Of a DNA stretch of 64,000 nucleotides, positions 24,089 through 36,899 are shown piece by piece. The stretch lies in NCBI GenBank assembly GCA_015680685.1, contig MNCI01002981.1:62001-126000 (forward strand). The letters run 5' to 3'. The first letter of the stretch is position 1. The number at the start of each line of letters is the position of its first letter. The translations under genes and the position numbers were made by a program. The stretch comes from Gnetum montanum (Eukaryota; Plantae; Gnetophyta). The notes beneath the pieces were generated by a model, which was not told the origin of the DNA, made no database searches, and saw nothing but the letters and a program-made list of their open reading frames with translations.

Positions 24089-27000
24089 TGATGAGAGGTG
24101 GAGCAATCCCAACACTACCATACAAGTCACAAGTGCTCATGCATGACTAGGTTGTAATTTGCGAATGGACAATATCATTATGCTAGTGATTGATGTTAAG
24201 TTTGAGATTGTTGTCTTTCCACTTCGAGTTAGTGAAGTTCAAGTGTATGGTTTAACTCTTAGTGAGGCATATGATTGGTTGATGTTGTAAGGCTCTTAAT
24301 GCTTTTAATGGTAAACATAATTGAAGATAAAGGTAAAATTCTAAGTCTAGTTAACTAGGGAAACATAAAACCTATCTTAGCCTAGTGTGATGGATATCTA
24401 GTCCTGGTCTACTGTACATGTCCTGGACTCATGTAGTTATCATTGGAATTACCAAGTGGTATTACTACTGAGTGAATTAAGCAATGCCACTACTGAGTTA
24501 CCAAATAACTACACTTAGCACTCGAAACCAGTTGTAATTATTCAGCTTAGTAAGGACATATAAAATAAAGTTCTTGAAACATAAAGGATTAACTAAGAAA
24601 ACAAGAAAATTATTCTAAGTAAACATAGAAAACTAAGTCGATGCAGCAATGATGAAAGGCAATCTTGATCTTTATTGCTAGTCATGAACTATGTTCAAGT
24701 ACAATTCACTTAAATAAAGATTCTAGACAATTGTTCAATACCACACTACAAGCATTCACTCTATTGCTAAAACTATGAAAATAAATTGCAATAATCTAGT
24801 TAAGGATTGGAATGAAAAGTTATGAATTGTATGTCCAAGTGTTAGTATTTATAGCTCTAGACACATCCCAAGACATTGTATCAACAATGACATAGCATGT
24901 ACCATGACATCTTTGCTATGATATCATTAATACAATATCGCAATGCAACAAAAATTAACTTTATCATACCACCATGATTCATTGAAAACTCATCCTCAAG
25001 TTAAAACAAAATGAAGATAGAGTCTCTTACAAAATTGGAAGGTAGATTTGACTTAACATACCGTACTAACTATTTATATGACTTAGAATGCAGCACTGGT
25101 GTTTTTACAAAATGACATAGGTATATGACAAGAAAAAAAACAAAATTTAAAGTTGCTCAATGTAGATCATGTTCCAAGCACTGGATGCTCTTCCATATGC
25201 TTTTTTCCTTTGTCATTAGGCTTTTGAAATTTATATTGATTTAGGAGCACTTGAAGCTTCTCTTCTTTTGCCTCGAGTCATGTAGCATCCATGCTTGTTG
25301 AGCAATGTTAGATGGAGTGAGTACATCCCATGGGCATGGTAGCTGCATAAACATTTTGTTGGCCTTCATGTACTAGACCACAAACTGTCATCTTTCCTCT
25401 TCAAATGCTTTGGTTGTCTTTTTGAGTTCCTAATAATTTGACATGCGATGCACTAGGTTTATTACTACATCTTTCTACCCATGGTAGCTTTCCTTGATAA
25501 TTTCTATTTTAAAGTTTGCCACATGTAGCTTCTATAATGCATCTTTCCTATCAGCAAACTCTCTTTCATACATGACATACATAGTCACTACCTACTACTC
25601 CAATTCATTTTGGGGCTTGCCTACTATTAACATGGCTAGATTAGCATACTAGAGGTTTGCTAATCACATATACTCTATTAAGTCTTCAATCTGCATGTGC
25701 TTGTTTTTTACTTCTACTTCGTGGACATGGGCTAAACTATCAAAGATGGGTTGCCAATTTGGATTTTGCGCAAAAAGAGAACTGATCTTGGCCTTTGCCA
25801 TCTGGATCTCTTTTTCATTGATTTGCTTGTACATACCCACTTGATTTTTGAAATGCTCTTTGATGCTTTGTGCTTCTTAGCCTTATTTTTCCACATGCTT
25901 ATTTTGATTTCTGAATTCTGATGGATGGCGTAGACTTCTTTCATTGATAAGGTTCTATTCTTGTGAGCCAACCAACTCATGTCTTGGTTTGCTCTAGCTA
26001 GTTGTTCTCTGAGTTGTTGGATGCTTTACTCAAGAACATTCTTTTGCTTTTCAATATTGGTCAACCAAGCATTATCAGTAGCAAGTTGTTTATTCTCCTC
26101 TTGTAAGCCTATGAGTGCTTTGGCATGTGCATACATTTGAGCCTCTGCCATTGATGCATCACATACTTTCTTCTCATTTTCTCTTTGCATCTTCATGTTA
26201 TGGTCAATAAGCTATCTTATATAATCAGTTTTAAATTTTTCAAGTTGATTAGGTGTTATGAATTATGTGGGGTCTTTTCTTTTAGCTTTTAGGGTGGCTA
26301 ACTCCTCTTGCAATTATTGCACCTTGTTTTCTACATGCTTGGCCTTGGTTTTAGCATGACCAACTTTTCTTTTGTGGCTATTAGATTAGATTGGACTATA
26401 ATGATATTGCTTGGGATATCAAAAATATTTTACATTACTTGGCCCTTCTACAATAGTCTGTCTAAAATCTCTTCATGCTCCATAAGTGTCATTGAGGTTT
26501 TGGCAAGTATTTAAGCATCCTATGCTCCAGAGATATCAGCTGGTGGCACAACAGGAATGTTAAAAGATTCCTTAATGTGATCATTGATGACCTCTATGAC
26601 TCTTACTGCATCTTGATGTTGCATGATCATAACTGTGGCACCTGCACCAATTTCAAGAATAACTTGGAATTATATAGCATTCTTGAAAATTTGTTATGTT
26701 CAATCTTCCTCTTCTCTTGCTTGCAATGAAAATTTTCCAGTGGCTAGTTCTGTGGATACTATGGGCCTTGCAAATATCTTCTGTACTTTGTACAATTTTC
26801 CCCTTTTCTTCTTCCCCAACTTATTGTTTCTATGATTTGTTGTAGATGGCTAATGGATGGTTGATAATCTTGTGGCCATAGTAGTGGTACTTCTTACTAT
26901 TGTTGTTGTTGTTGTTGTTGCTCATCTTTGGGTTGGCTACTAGGTCCTACCTATTGCTGCTAACTAGTAGTGGGAATGTTACCAACAGGAGTGGAATTTG

Positions 27001-27691
27001 CAACTTCCTCTGTGCCTACTAATTTTTCTACTTGATCCTTCTTTGATGGCACTAGCTTGAACATCTTTGCATAGGAAGCATTTTGATCCTTCCTTGGGAC
27101 ATCATTGATATATCCCAAGTTCCTAGCTTGCTTGCACAGCTTCCTGATGAGGCAAGGGAATGAAAGTGTTAGCTTTCCTACCTTCTTCTCTTTGAACCAC
27201 CTCTGGATTTCAAGGAAGAATAGAAGGGCAATGTTAGCATTGACTTTTTCCATCAGGGTTGCGCTTCCTTTGGTGACATATGTAGATATCCTATTGAGCC
27301 TTTTTTTTGGAAACAAGTGATAGGTTCTAATCTTGAAGTATATTTTCTCCTCAACCATGAGCTTTCTATAATCTTTATCTTCTTTTCCAGATTCTCTATG
27401 CAACCATAGCCTCTTAGCATTAGTATTTGATCTTGTTGAGATTTGTGTCATATTTTCCCCTTCATTTGGGATGTTGAGAATCTTTGCAATTGCTTCTACT
27501 AAGTAAGGCATAGAGACTCCTTCAATTTTGACTATAGCATCTACTTTCTTATTTTGCCAAAATCGGTATGTTTCCCCTAGATACCACTTACCATTGTTAA
27601 ATAGTGCAGGCCATAAAGGAGACACTTGGAGTTGCGTCATTATAGCTTTTGGAGTAAACTCCATGTAAGGACCAAAATTCAAATCCATGAT

Positions 27692-30600
27692 TGATGAGTG
27701 GCGAGGTACCCCTACACTCAACCATACGAAACGAGCGTAGCACGCGTGATTCGGTCGAACTTCGCAGACATAATGCCTAAACGCCCCATGGAACACTTGG
27801 GGTTAATCATTTGTTGTCTTCCCAGACTTACTTGTTGCTGTCACAGTGTATGGTTAAGTAAGTCCTAGGTATATGATTTTTTTTGGTCTTTTATGGTTTT
27901 ATGTCTTCTATGCTAAGAGTGAAAGGTTGAGAAAGCTAACTAACTCTAACTAAGGACTAAGTCTAAATTAACTAGCATCAACATCTGTTCCCACTTACCG
28001 TACACACCCTGAACTATGCAACTGTAGCTACCAAACACTAATCATTACTGGGATCACCACACGTAACGCACGTGCTCGAAGTGGTCATACTGAGGCACTT
28101 AACTAGCCTNNNNNNNNNNNNNNNNNNNNNNNNNNNNNNNNNNNNNGGAGTGATCAAATTGCTAGAGTTTCCCTACTTTAAGCCTAGGATGAGAAATGAG
28201 GGGAGTGCTGCCTCTTATTTATAGATCTAGAGACGGACTGCGATATTGCGTATGCGATATCGCAGGGGACAATGCGATATCGCGTACGCGATATCGCAGT
28301 GCATGCGATGTCGTGTCTCATCATACCCCCATGACTGAATGGAAACTCATCCTTGAGTTCCTTACAATAATATCAGGTAGGTATGGAATTATTAAGGGGA
28401 ATGGAACTAATGGGATAACATGTGAACGGATCATCATTACAAGACTTGAAAAAGTTGGTGTTCATGACAACAAGGGTGAACACCTTATTACAATGACATT
28501 AGGCCTTTGTTGACAATTGAGAAAGAGAGAGAGAAAGAAGTGTTGCTGTTGCCAACGCTAAGATTGCACCTTTGTTGTCCATCCGTAAGCACGTCATCGA
28601 TCTTGCTCCTTGCATAGCTACTTCAACGCTACTCCATTCCAAGTGTTTGCTCCAAATCCAATCCATTGTTGCATGATCACCATCTGCACACACAACACAG
28701 TCTTGTATTAGCAAGGGTAGATGAATCATCATGTAATTAATACCTTGCTGCAGTGAAAGTCCATTGGCTAGGTTGTGGTATGGCTGATATGGATCAGGAG
28801 ATATATTAATGATGACTACCGAAGGTGTACAGGTTAAGAAGAAAATAAAGAAATTTAGGGCTAGGAGAAAATAAAAAAAATCAGGCCCCGTACCCCCATG
28901 ACTAATCGCGAACCTCTGGTAGCATTAGAATAGAGAAGGAAAAGGAGTAAGAAAAATAGATAAAAAGGGACAACTATAGCATCGATGAAAGGGATGTCAA
29001 GATGGTAATGAACAAAATAAAATTAATTGCAAAATGTCAGGGGAAAGAAGTTAACGGATGCTCCAAATAGGAATGTCAGTGGGTCCTCCCCAAAGCAGGC
29101 TCATGCCCTTAATGCCCTGACAAACCCACATTCAAAGAGTTCGTAGGCTTTGGGAATGTTATTTGGAACAAGAGTTAAAGTCTTAACCGTAAGAATTTAC
29201 CAAAAAGAAAACAATGCATCAACCAAAATATATACACTAATGATACAACCGGCAATGAGGNNNNNNNNNNNNNNNNNNNNNNNNNNNNNNNNNNNNNNNN
29301 NNNNNNNNNNNNNNNNNNNNNNNNNNNNNNNNNNNNNNNNNNNNNNNNNNNNNNNNNNNNNNNNNNNNNNNNNNNNNNNNNNNNNNNNNNNNNNNNNNNN
29401 NNNNNNNNNNNNNNCAATAAAAATAAGAAGTCTTTGCATGGTGTGGTTCTCACGCATAAAAACACAAAACACACAAAAAAAACGAAGTGAGAATTCAAAA
29501 CACACCCCTTAGACGAAATAAACTTGGGCTACAAGCACTGGTTATGGAACCAAAANGTGAGAACCACACCATGCAAAGACTTCTTATTTTTATTGTCTCA
29601 GCTTCCAATAATTGGGTAACATTGGAATGGCAAGAAAAATCAAGAAGAAACATTCAAGCACCCAAGAAAATGACCAACACAAAAGTATCAAATTCTCTTG
29701 AAGTCACACCCTTTTCAATCCATGAGTCCTTCCTTAGTTTGAGAAATACTCAGTCATTGATTTGTTTAAGTTCTTATTAAGAAGGGGACTGTACATTTCC
29801 AAGTCGAGAGAAACCATAGAAATTGGTGGATGGATGGATGAAGTGATCTCATTGCCTGCCATATCAAAAGAAACATACCTTAGTATCAACATTGTGACTG
29901 AAAGGTAAAAACCAAACATTAGCAATTAATATGAAAATAGTTCATACCAGCATTCTGAACACTTATTATGGGACAAACTTACATGGTGGATCACACACAC
30001 ACACACACACAAAATGGAAAACTATAACGATGTTGTAAAACAAAAACTAAAAAAGTTAAAGAAATTTGTAAAACAAAAATGTGTAAAACAAAAACNGCTC
30101 CTTCGAGTAGCTGTCAACCATGGGGTGTCTACTACTTCTTGTGTGGTTGCTACATACAAGCATCTTTATTGCAAAGTTTCAAGGGCACACCTGTCACATG
30201 GAGGCATTTCCTCCATGTCATCACCCGATGAATCACTATATGTGATGCATGGAACTTTCCTCTTCTCGATCTTTCCACATATGTTTATCTTAGATATTTC
30301 CAAGGAAAAATCGCAGATCCTAAGGCATGCATCTATTGCACTAAGCCATGTCCTTCCCATTATAATCGAGAAGTCCCCTTCATTGTTGTTCACTTCAATC
30401 ACCAGAAAATTAGCTGGATAAGACCAACCACACATAGTGGTAATGATGTCCTCCACCAATCCCAAGGGAATGGTGATGGACTGGTCTGCCAACTCTAGTT
30501 AAATGTTGCTCTTCTTAAGTTGAGGTAGGTTCTAGGCGTGATACATCTCTCGTGAAATTAAGTTAACTCCGGAACCTGAGTCAAGAAGAGCGCTATGTGG

Positions 30601-33600
30601 TTCATTTTCGATGATCTGCAAATAAATTAAGGGACTCCCAAGGTCAATTAGTTTCCTGGGAAGGTGGCCCACCTTGATCCAATCAGTTACAGTATGTGTT
30701 AACATAACCGCATGCGTTAAGCTCTAATTTTGGACGGAAGGGTGCTTCGAAGGGTTAGATGGTGGAGGAGTGTACATGGGCCCAACTGCTTGTTGTTGCG
30801 AGAGTTTGTCTGGGCTTTTGGTTTTGAAGTAGGGTCTTCTCTTTTTACAGTTATCAGAACCAGTAGCAGGTTGGATATTTATAGCTCTCGCAGCATGACA
30901 TTGCTGCAGTTGAGGAGGAAGTTCCCTTTGCATTGTTGGAGCAGGAGGTGTTATGGGAACTACTTGTCGAAGAAGAGGTACAGATGGATTAGGAGGATGG
31001 TGTGGGTATGGAGTGTCTCCCGGAGGAGGAGTCCTTCTGAATTACTCCCGAACTTGGTAGTGATGGTTGGGGGTTGTGTGACTCATAGAGTCACTTGGAG
31101 AAATCGGTTGCTGCACATAATATCCATAAGGGTCAGGCTACCGATAAGGGTACTGATGTGTTGGCGGTGGCATTCCCTAGGACTGTGGGTGTTGCCATTG
31201 CTGATGTTGTGCGATGGGCTGTGGTGGAATTCCACTTGGATAATACGTTAGTGGTTGGTGGAACTTCCTTGGGTTACCTTGTGGATAAGGTAACCTTCGG
31301 GGTGTTTGCCGTTGGTTGAGTCTTGGATTAAGCGCATACACCCCAGACTCCTGTAGATGTGAGATGATGGGGCAACATCCCTTAGGATGGTCATAGTGGT
31401 AGATCTCACATCCACCATCATCGTCTGTGTCAGAGTTCTCAGCCACATCGGAGTTAGTGATTTTTCCCTTACCCTTGTTATGTGCAGGGCCTAAATCTCT
31501 TCACTTTTTCTTATCTTTGACACTACTTTGTTCAACCTTAGACTCTTCTACAATTTTTAAGACATTTTCAATTTTAGAGTCTAAGGAACTCCATACGTCA
31601 TCTACCTTAGCCACTATTTCTGTTGTGAGCTTTTGAAGTGGTAAGGTCCTTCTGTTCACCAACTCTTCGAGTGGTGACTCATCCTCNNNNNNNNNNNNNN
31701 NNNNNNNNNNNNNNNNNNNNNNNNNNNNNNNNNNNNNNNNNNNNNNNNNNNNNNNNNNNNNNNNNNNNNNNNNNNNNNNNNNNNNNNNNNNNNNNNNNNN
31801 NNNNNNNNNNNNNNNNNNNNNNNNNNNNNNNNNNNNNNNNNNNNNNNNNNNNNNNNNNNNNNNNNNNNNNNNNNNNNNNNNNNNNNNNNNNNNNNNNNNN
31901 NNNNNNNNNNNNNNNNNNNNNNNNNNNNNNNNNNNNNNNNNNNNNNNNNNNNNNNNNNNNNNNNNNNNNNNNNNNNNNNNNNNNNNNNNNNNNNNNNNNN
32001 NNNNNNNNNNNNNNNNNNNNNNNNNNNNNNNNNNNNNNNNNNNNNNNNNNNNNNNNNNNNNNNNNNNNNNNNNNNNNNNNNNNNNNNNNNNNNNNNNNNN
32101 NNNNNNNNNNNNCGTGGGATGTTGTTCATATCTAATCGTTTGATCTGACTATCCTTTAAATGCCTTGTGGGAATCCTAACTACCTTCGTAATGTCAAGCA
32201 TACTTTGGGTTGCGAGTAGGGGCTCGTCATGATCTTCTCTTTCATGACACCTGTGATGTCTGCGTTGTTTCCTACTCTCCCTACATCCTTGCCCTTATCC
32301 TCTCTCTCGACTTTCCTATCGAGGTCTTTCGTCCTTCTTACTTTTGTTCTCACCTTTATGTTCATGGTGGCTGCGCCCAGATGTGGAAGGAGAGGATGAG
32401 TGATGGGATGAAGGAGAAGAAGAAGGGGAACCATCGCCATGATGATGTTTCTTGCCTTCTCTTCGGCTGCTACGACCCCGATCATGGTGACGATCTACGT
32501 GCCCATCCTTAGCATAAGTGGTTGTTCCCTCTATGAATAGTTGGTGTTCACAGGCATTAGAACCAGGGATATGTATCATTGATCATAGGTTCTGATACTC
32601 AACCTCCTCATCATCGTTAGGAGGGGGAACATCTTTTGCTAAAGAACCCGTGATAAGGGGTTCTTCATCTCCTATTTCACTAAGGACGTGCAGGACCTTG
32701 CCCTTCAGTAGTGTATGTTGGCTCTCCTGCCGTAATTCTCTCATACGTTGGGCATCTGTGGGATAATAATCCCTCATGTCAAAGTCTTCCGCAATGTATT
32801 CAACATATAGCTTGATCATGCCTATCTGTGCCAAGGCATGGAAAAGCATGTGAGAGATTGATCGATCTAGGGGTAACACAATGTTACCTTGCAAATCTCT
32901 CCACCGCAGCTGTTCGTCTTGATGGAGAATAAAAGTAAAATTAGGAATATACTCATTGGGATGAGTATATGTCATCTTATATTGTTTAGGACTTGGCTGA
33001 TTTTGGTTATGTGTTTTATCTTGCCGACTGTCTCGTGTGTGGTCCTTAGGTGGTGAGTTGCTCTTATGAGAAGAAGGCAGTTTTATCAGTGTGCTAATTT
33101 ACCGTTATATAAATTTTTTTTCTTGATTAACCCAAAGGTCCATTAAGGCTCACAACGATGTGAGTGATATCCCTTATGTTCTATTCGGTGCACAAACACT
33201 TAGTCCCCGGCAACGACGCCAATGATGAGTGGCGAGGTACCCCTACACTCAACCATACGGAACGAGTGTAGCACGCATGATCCGGTTGAACTTCGTAGAC
33301 TAAATGCCTAAACGCCCCATGGAACACTTGGGGTTAATCATTCGTTGTCTTCCTANNNNNNNNNNNNNNNNNNNNNNNNNNNNNNNNNNNNNNNNNNNNN
33401 NNNNNNNNNNNNNNNNNNNNNNNNNNNNNNNNNNNNNNNNNNNNNNNNNNNNNNNNNNNNNNNNNNNNNNNNNNNNNNNNNNNNNNNNNNNNNNNNNNNN
33501 NNNNNNNNNNNNNNNNNNNNNNNNNNNNNNNNNNNNNNNNNNNNNNNNNNNNNNNNNNNNNNNNNNNNNNNNNNNNNNNNNNNNNNNNNNNNNNNNNNNN

Positions 33601-33944
33601 NNNNNNNNNNNNNNNNNNNNNNNNNNNNNNNNNNNNNNNNNNNNNNNNNNNNNNNNNNNNNNNNNNNNNNNNNNNNNNNNNNNNNNNNNNNNNNNNNNNN
33701 NNNNNNNNNACAAAACTTGCGTTCAAGTACAAAGCTGCTTGAATAAAGATCCGTTCACTTGGGGACTCCTACTGCGGGCACATGGAAAATATTCTATCTC
33801 TGGAGTGATCAAACTGCCAAAGTTTTTCTACTTTAAGCCTAGGATGAGAAATGAGGGGAGTGCCGCCTCTTATTTATAGATTTGGCGGTGGACAGCGATA
33901 TCGTGTATGTGATATCGCGGTGCATGCGATATCACGTCTCATCA
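27692..33944 (-). mobile_element. Element B: younger non-autonomous Athila-type element (gag-protease only)
   Basis: LTRs at 27692-28323 and 33223-33944. TSD ATGAT at 27687-91 and 33945-49. PBS TTGGCGTCGTTGCCGGGGAC (about 33203-22), PPT ATGGGGGTA (28324-32), protease ALLDSGSGVN (about 30565-92). No RT/INT, and the gaps are too small to hide pol if their sizes are right. Confidence 0.9.
28110..33709. other. Assembly gaps at about 28110-28146, 29261-29413, 31687-32112 and 33356-33709
   Basis: Runs of N, all inside the young element B. Confidence 0.95.
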
Positions 33945-36899
33945 ATGATGATCATGGACATGATAAATTTTTCTTGTATTCCTTGAAGGCATTTAGGAGA
34001 TAAGATGAGGCATTGCCCTTGTTTAGGCACTAGTGGAACTTTTGCCTCTCCTTGGGTTGAGTGCTTAATGATAGGAGTTTGTTGATTGATGCTATATGAT
34101 TGAGCCTCTTGCTTTGTGTGTTCCACTTGGGGAGTTTGTTTCCCTTCTTGGCCTCTCCCATGACCTCCTAATCTTTTGCTCCCATGCTAGGAAGGTCCTT
34201 TAGCTATTGGTCTCTTTGGGACCATCTGTAATCAATCAAGGTTTTGAAATTATTAAAGTGTTTAAATCAATTCTTAATAGTTCTTTATCTTTCTCATACC
34301 ATTAGTTAGATCAACTCCTCTGCTTATTATGATTGCAAAGTTAGAAAAATTTAAAAAATAAAACTTCTTAGGTTTTATATGCCTAATCACTATGAACTTT
34401 CCACAGTTATCATTTTCTTGCTTATTATGGCTGAAAATGGTTGGTATGGTCACTTAGGAGAATAAGTTTCATTGATTAACAATAAGATTCTTATTATTTC
34501 ATATACTTACCCTTTCTAGTATCTTCTGGATGTTAGGAATTTTTGGCTCAAATTTTTAGATGTATTGCGCAATGTACCATCCCCCAAAGACTAAGTTGAG
34601 TGCTCCAAGATCAATAAGGTTTAAGAATTTCAGAAATTAGATCTATGGGGACAGAGTTATGGGCTTGGGAAGTTAGTGTGCAAGAGCTTTGAGGAAAAAC
34701 TACAAAAGCTTCTCTTGCTACAAATGAGAGGAATGAAAAATTTCACTAACTCATGTGTGTATATACACAATTTTTATATGCATGGCATCGTAGCTATGAC
34801 ATCATTGTCAAAAAATTTCAAATTTTTGTTGAACTTTCTGGGAAAAAATACGTTAATTGGAATGTTTGGAAGATGTGAAGCTTGTCTAAAGGATCTTGGA
34901 CCATTAATGATGCACAATTTTAGAAAATTTAGCATTAAAAGTTCATGAAAATGGAATCTCAGGCAACAAAAGTTGATTGAATGGATAGGAGATGGGTTAA
35001 GAATTTCAGATGTATAAATAGATTATTAGATGATATGGAAAGTATTTAATGGGTCTTGATTATTTTCAAAAGACACAAGATGATGTAAAATTTCTTGCCA
35101 AGTATGAAATAAAAGAGTTATACAAGGGGCTCCTTGCTAAAGCAGACTCCAGCCCTTAGTGCCCTTATATAACCATGCCTAAAAGTGTTCGTAGGCACTC
35201 AAGGAATTGAATTTAAGACACCTATTTAGCAAAACACACATTTTAGTATCACCAAATTGGGAAAATATCACTATATTATATAAAACCATAAGGTTCTAAT
35301 TAAATGTATAGTAAGGTGAGATGGCCTATAGAAGGGATTACTAAAACTTGGGATGTGAGGTATCCTACCATAGGCATAATGAATCCTTGGGTGTGATCTA
35401 TGGTTAAGGTAATCATTAGTCCTTCCTTTCAAGATTCAAATCAAGTCCAAAAAAATTTCTAGTGACATCACATTGTTTCATCTCTAGGATTCTCAACCAT
35501 AAGACTACCACTATTACAAGGAGTATTATCACTTGGTGTGTTGTTCAAGGGACGAGTTTATTAATTGTACTTTTTATTTTCAAGATTCCTGAGAAGTTGC
35601 CTACCTTTAGGCATGGGTAACATGTCTCTCTAGTCGAACCCCCAAAAATTTATTTTGTGTATGGTTTTTATTCTAATTGTGTTGACCTTACCAAAGAACT
35701 ACCTTAGGCATGGGTAACATGTCTTTCCAGTGACATGGTAAGGCAATACTTATTGTACTCTTACTCCCATTTTTTATTAGATCTACAAGGATATAATACA
35801 TCCTTAACAATAGGATAGAACTCACAGTAGTAATCCAAGACAATCCACAAATCCCATTGATGTCACAACCTTTGCATTCCTACTTACTTCTTCACTCTTC
35901 TATCTAGGCATAATGATCACAAGTTTATTCTTAGTTTTATTCTGAGAAGAATATCATTATGACCATGGTAAGAACCTCTTATTGTTGGAATGGGTGGATG
36001 GATGTCATGGTCTCACTATATAGGTAATCAGTCCCTTAAGATTTGATAATATAGAAAAATCTTTACCTTATTGGAACTACATCTTACTTTATTCCTTGCA
36101 TTTTATTGAAAAATTAATAAAAATATGTACAAGTGAAGTAATGGCAAAGATAGTAAGAACGAAAGATTAGAAAAAACAATGTAAAAATGTCAAAGAATGG
36201 GAAATTGATTAAGAATCGAAAAAGTATAAAAGAATGAAAAGATATCAAAGAATGTGAAAATTGGTAAGAAATGTGAAAAAGCATAAGAAGAAATTATAAA
36301 CTAAAAATAATTGTAAAATAAAAAGTTGAAAAATACTTATTAATTCCTAGATCAAGATAACGTATCTCGCCCACAACTAAATTCATGGGCAAGTGTTCAA
36401 AAAATGGATCCTAGATCCCTTAGATCATACACTCTAGGTTTTTCACTTACCATCCTTAGTAACTTAGTTTTTTGATTATCGTCCCATGTAATCTTGATGA
36501 TAATCAAATTTTGATTTTTTGAGGACATATACCCCATTTAACTAGATGATCTTTTCATTTTAGAAGGTCCAACTATTCTTTCTTGTTGATTCCTAAATTC
36601 AAATTCTAAGTTCTTATTTTCTCTATCAGCTAGTGTATGATTATGGTTTAATATTTTCATTTGTGAGTTCTCAGTTGGGGTCATTTTCTTAGGATATGAG
36701 TTAATAAGTGAGCTAGAAATTTCCATGCATGTTTTGGATAATTTTAGAATCTTGTTTTTTTAACCAATTTGTATCTTTTGGTTTAGTGGCCCATGTTTCT
36801 TTTTGTTCACACACTATTTCTCACATCTGTTATGGGCTGGTGTAAGGATTGTGTTGATATTTTGAAATTTTTGTCCATAACTACACACTTCATTATCTT

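Larger units (their letters stand above)
25150..34225 (-). pseudogene. Element A env-like accessory ORF (~930 codons), split by element B
   Basis: ATG at 34225. Removing B and one TSD restores the frame (..MSMIIMDLNFGPY..). Contains ETYRFWQN..AIAKILNIP..LSFPCLIRKLC, then a long coiled-coil-like region. 3' end is approximate. Confidence 0.8.

Noticed and set aside
26960-27796. 278-aa ORF as a stand-alone gene
   Set aside because: It is chimeric: the first ~35 codons come from element B's LTR and the rest from element A's env-like ORF.
29414-29596. Perfect ~39-bp inverted repeat in element B
   Set aside because: It is flanked by an N-gap and a single N at 29556. The homologous region in C (about 49960-50090) is collinear, so 29414-29555 is probably an inverted contig with overlap.
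29150-33879. Long ORFs containing X runs
   Set aside because: These are artefacts of translating across N gaps.
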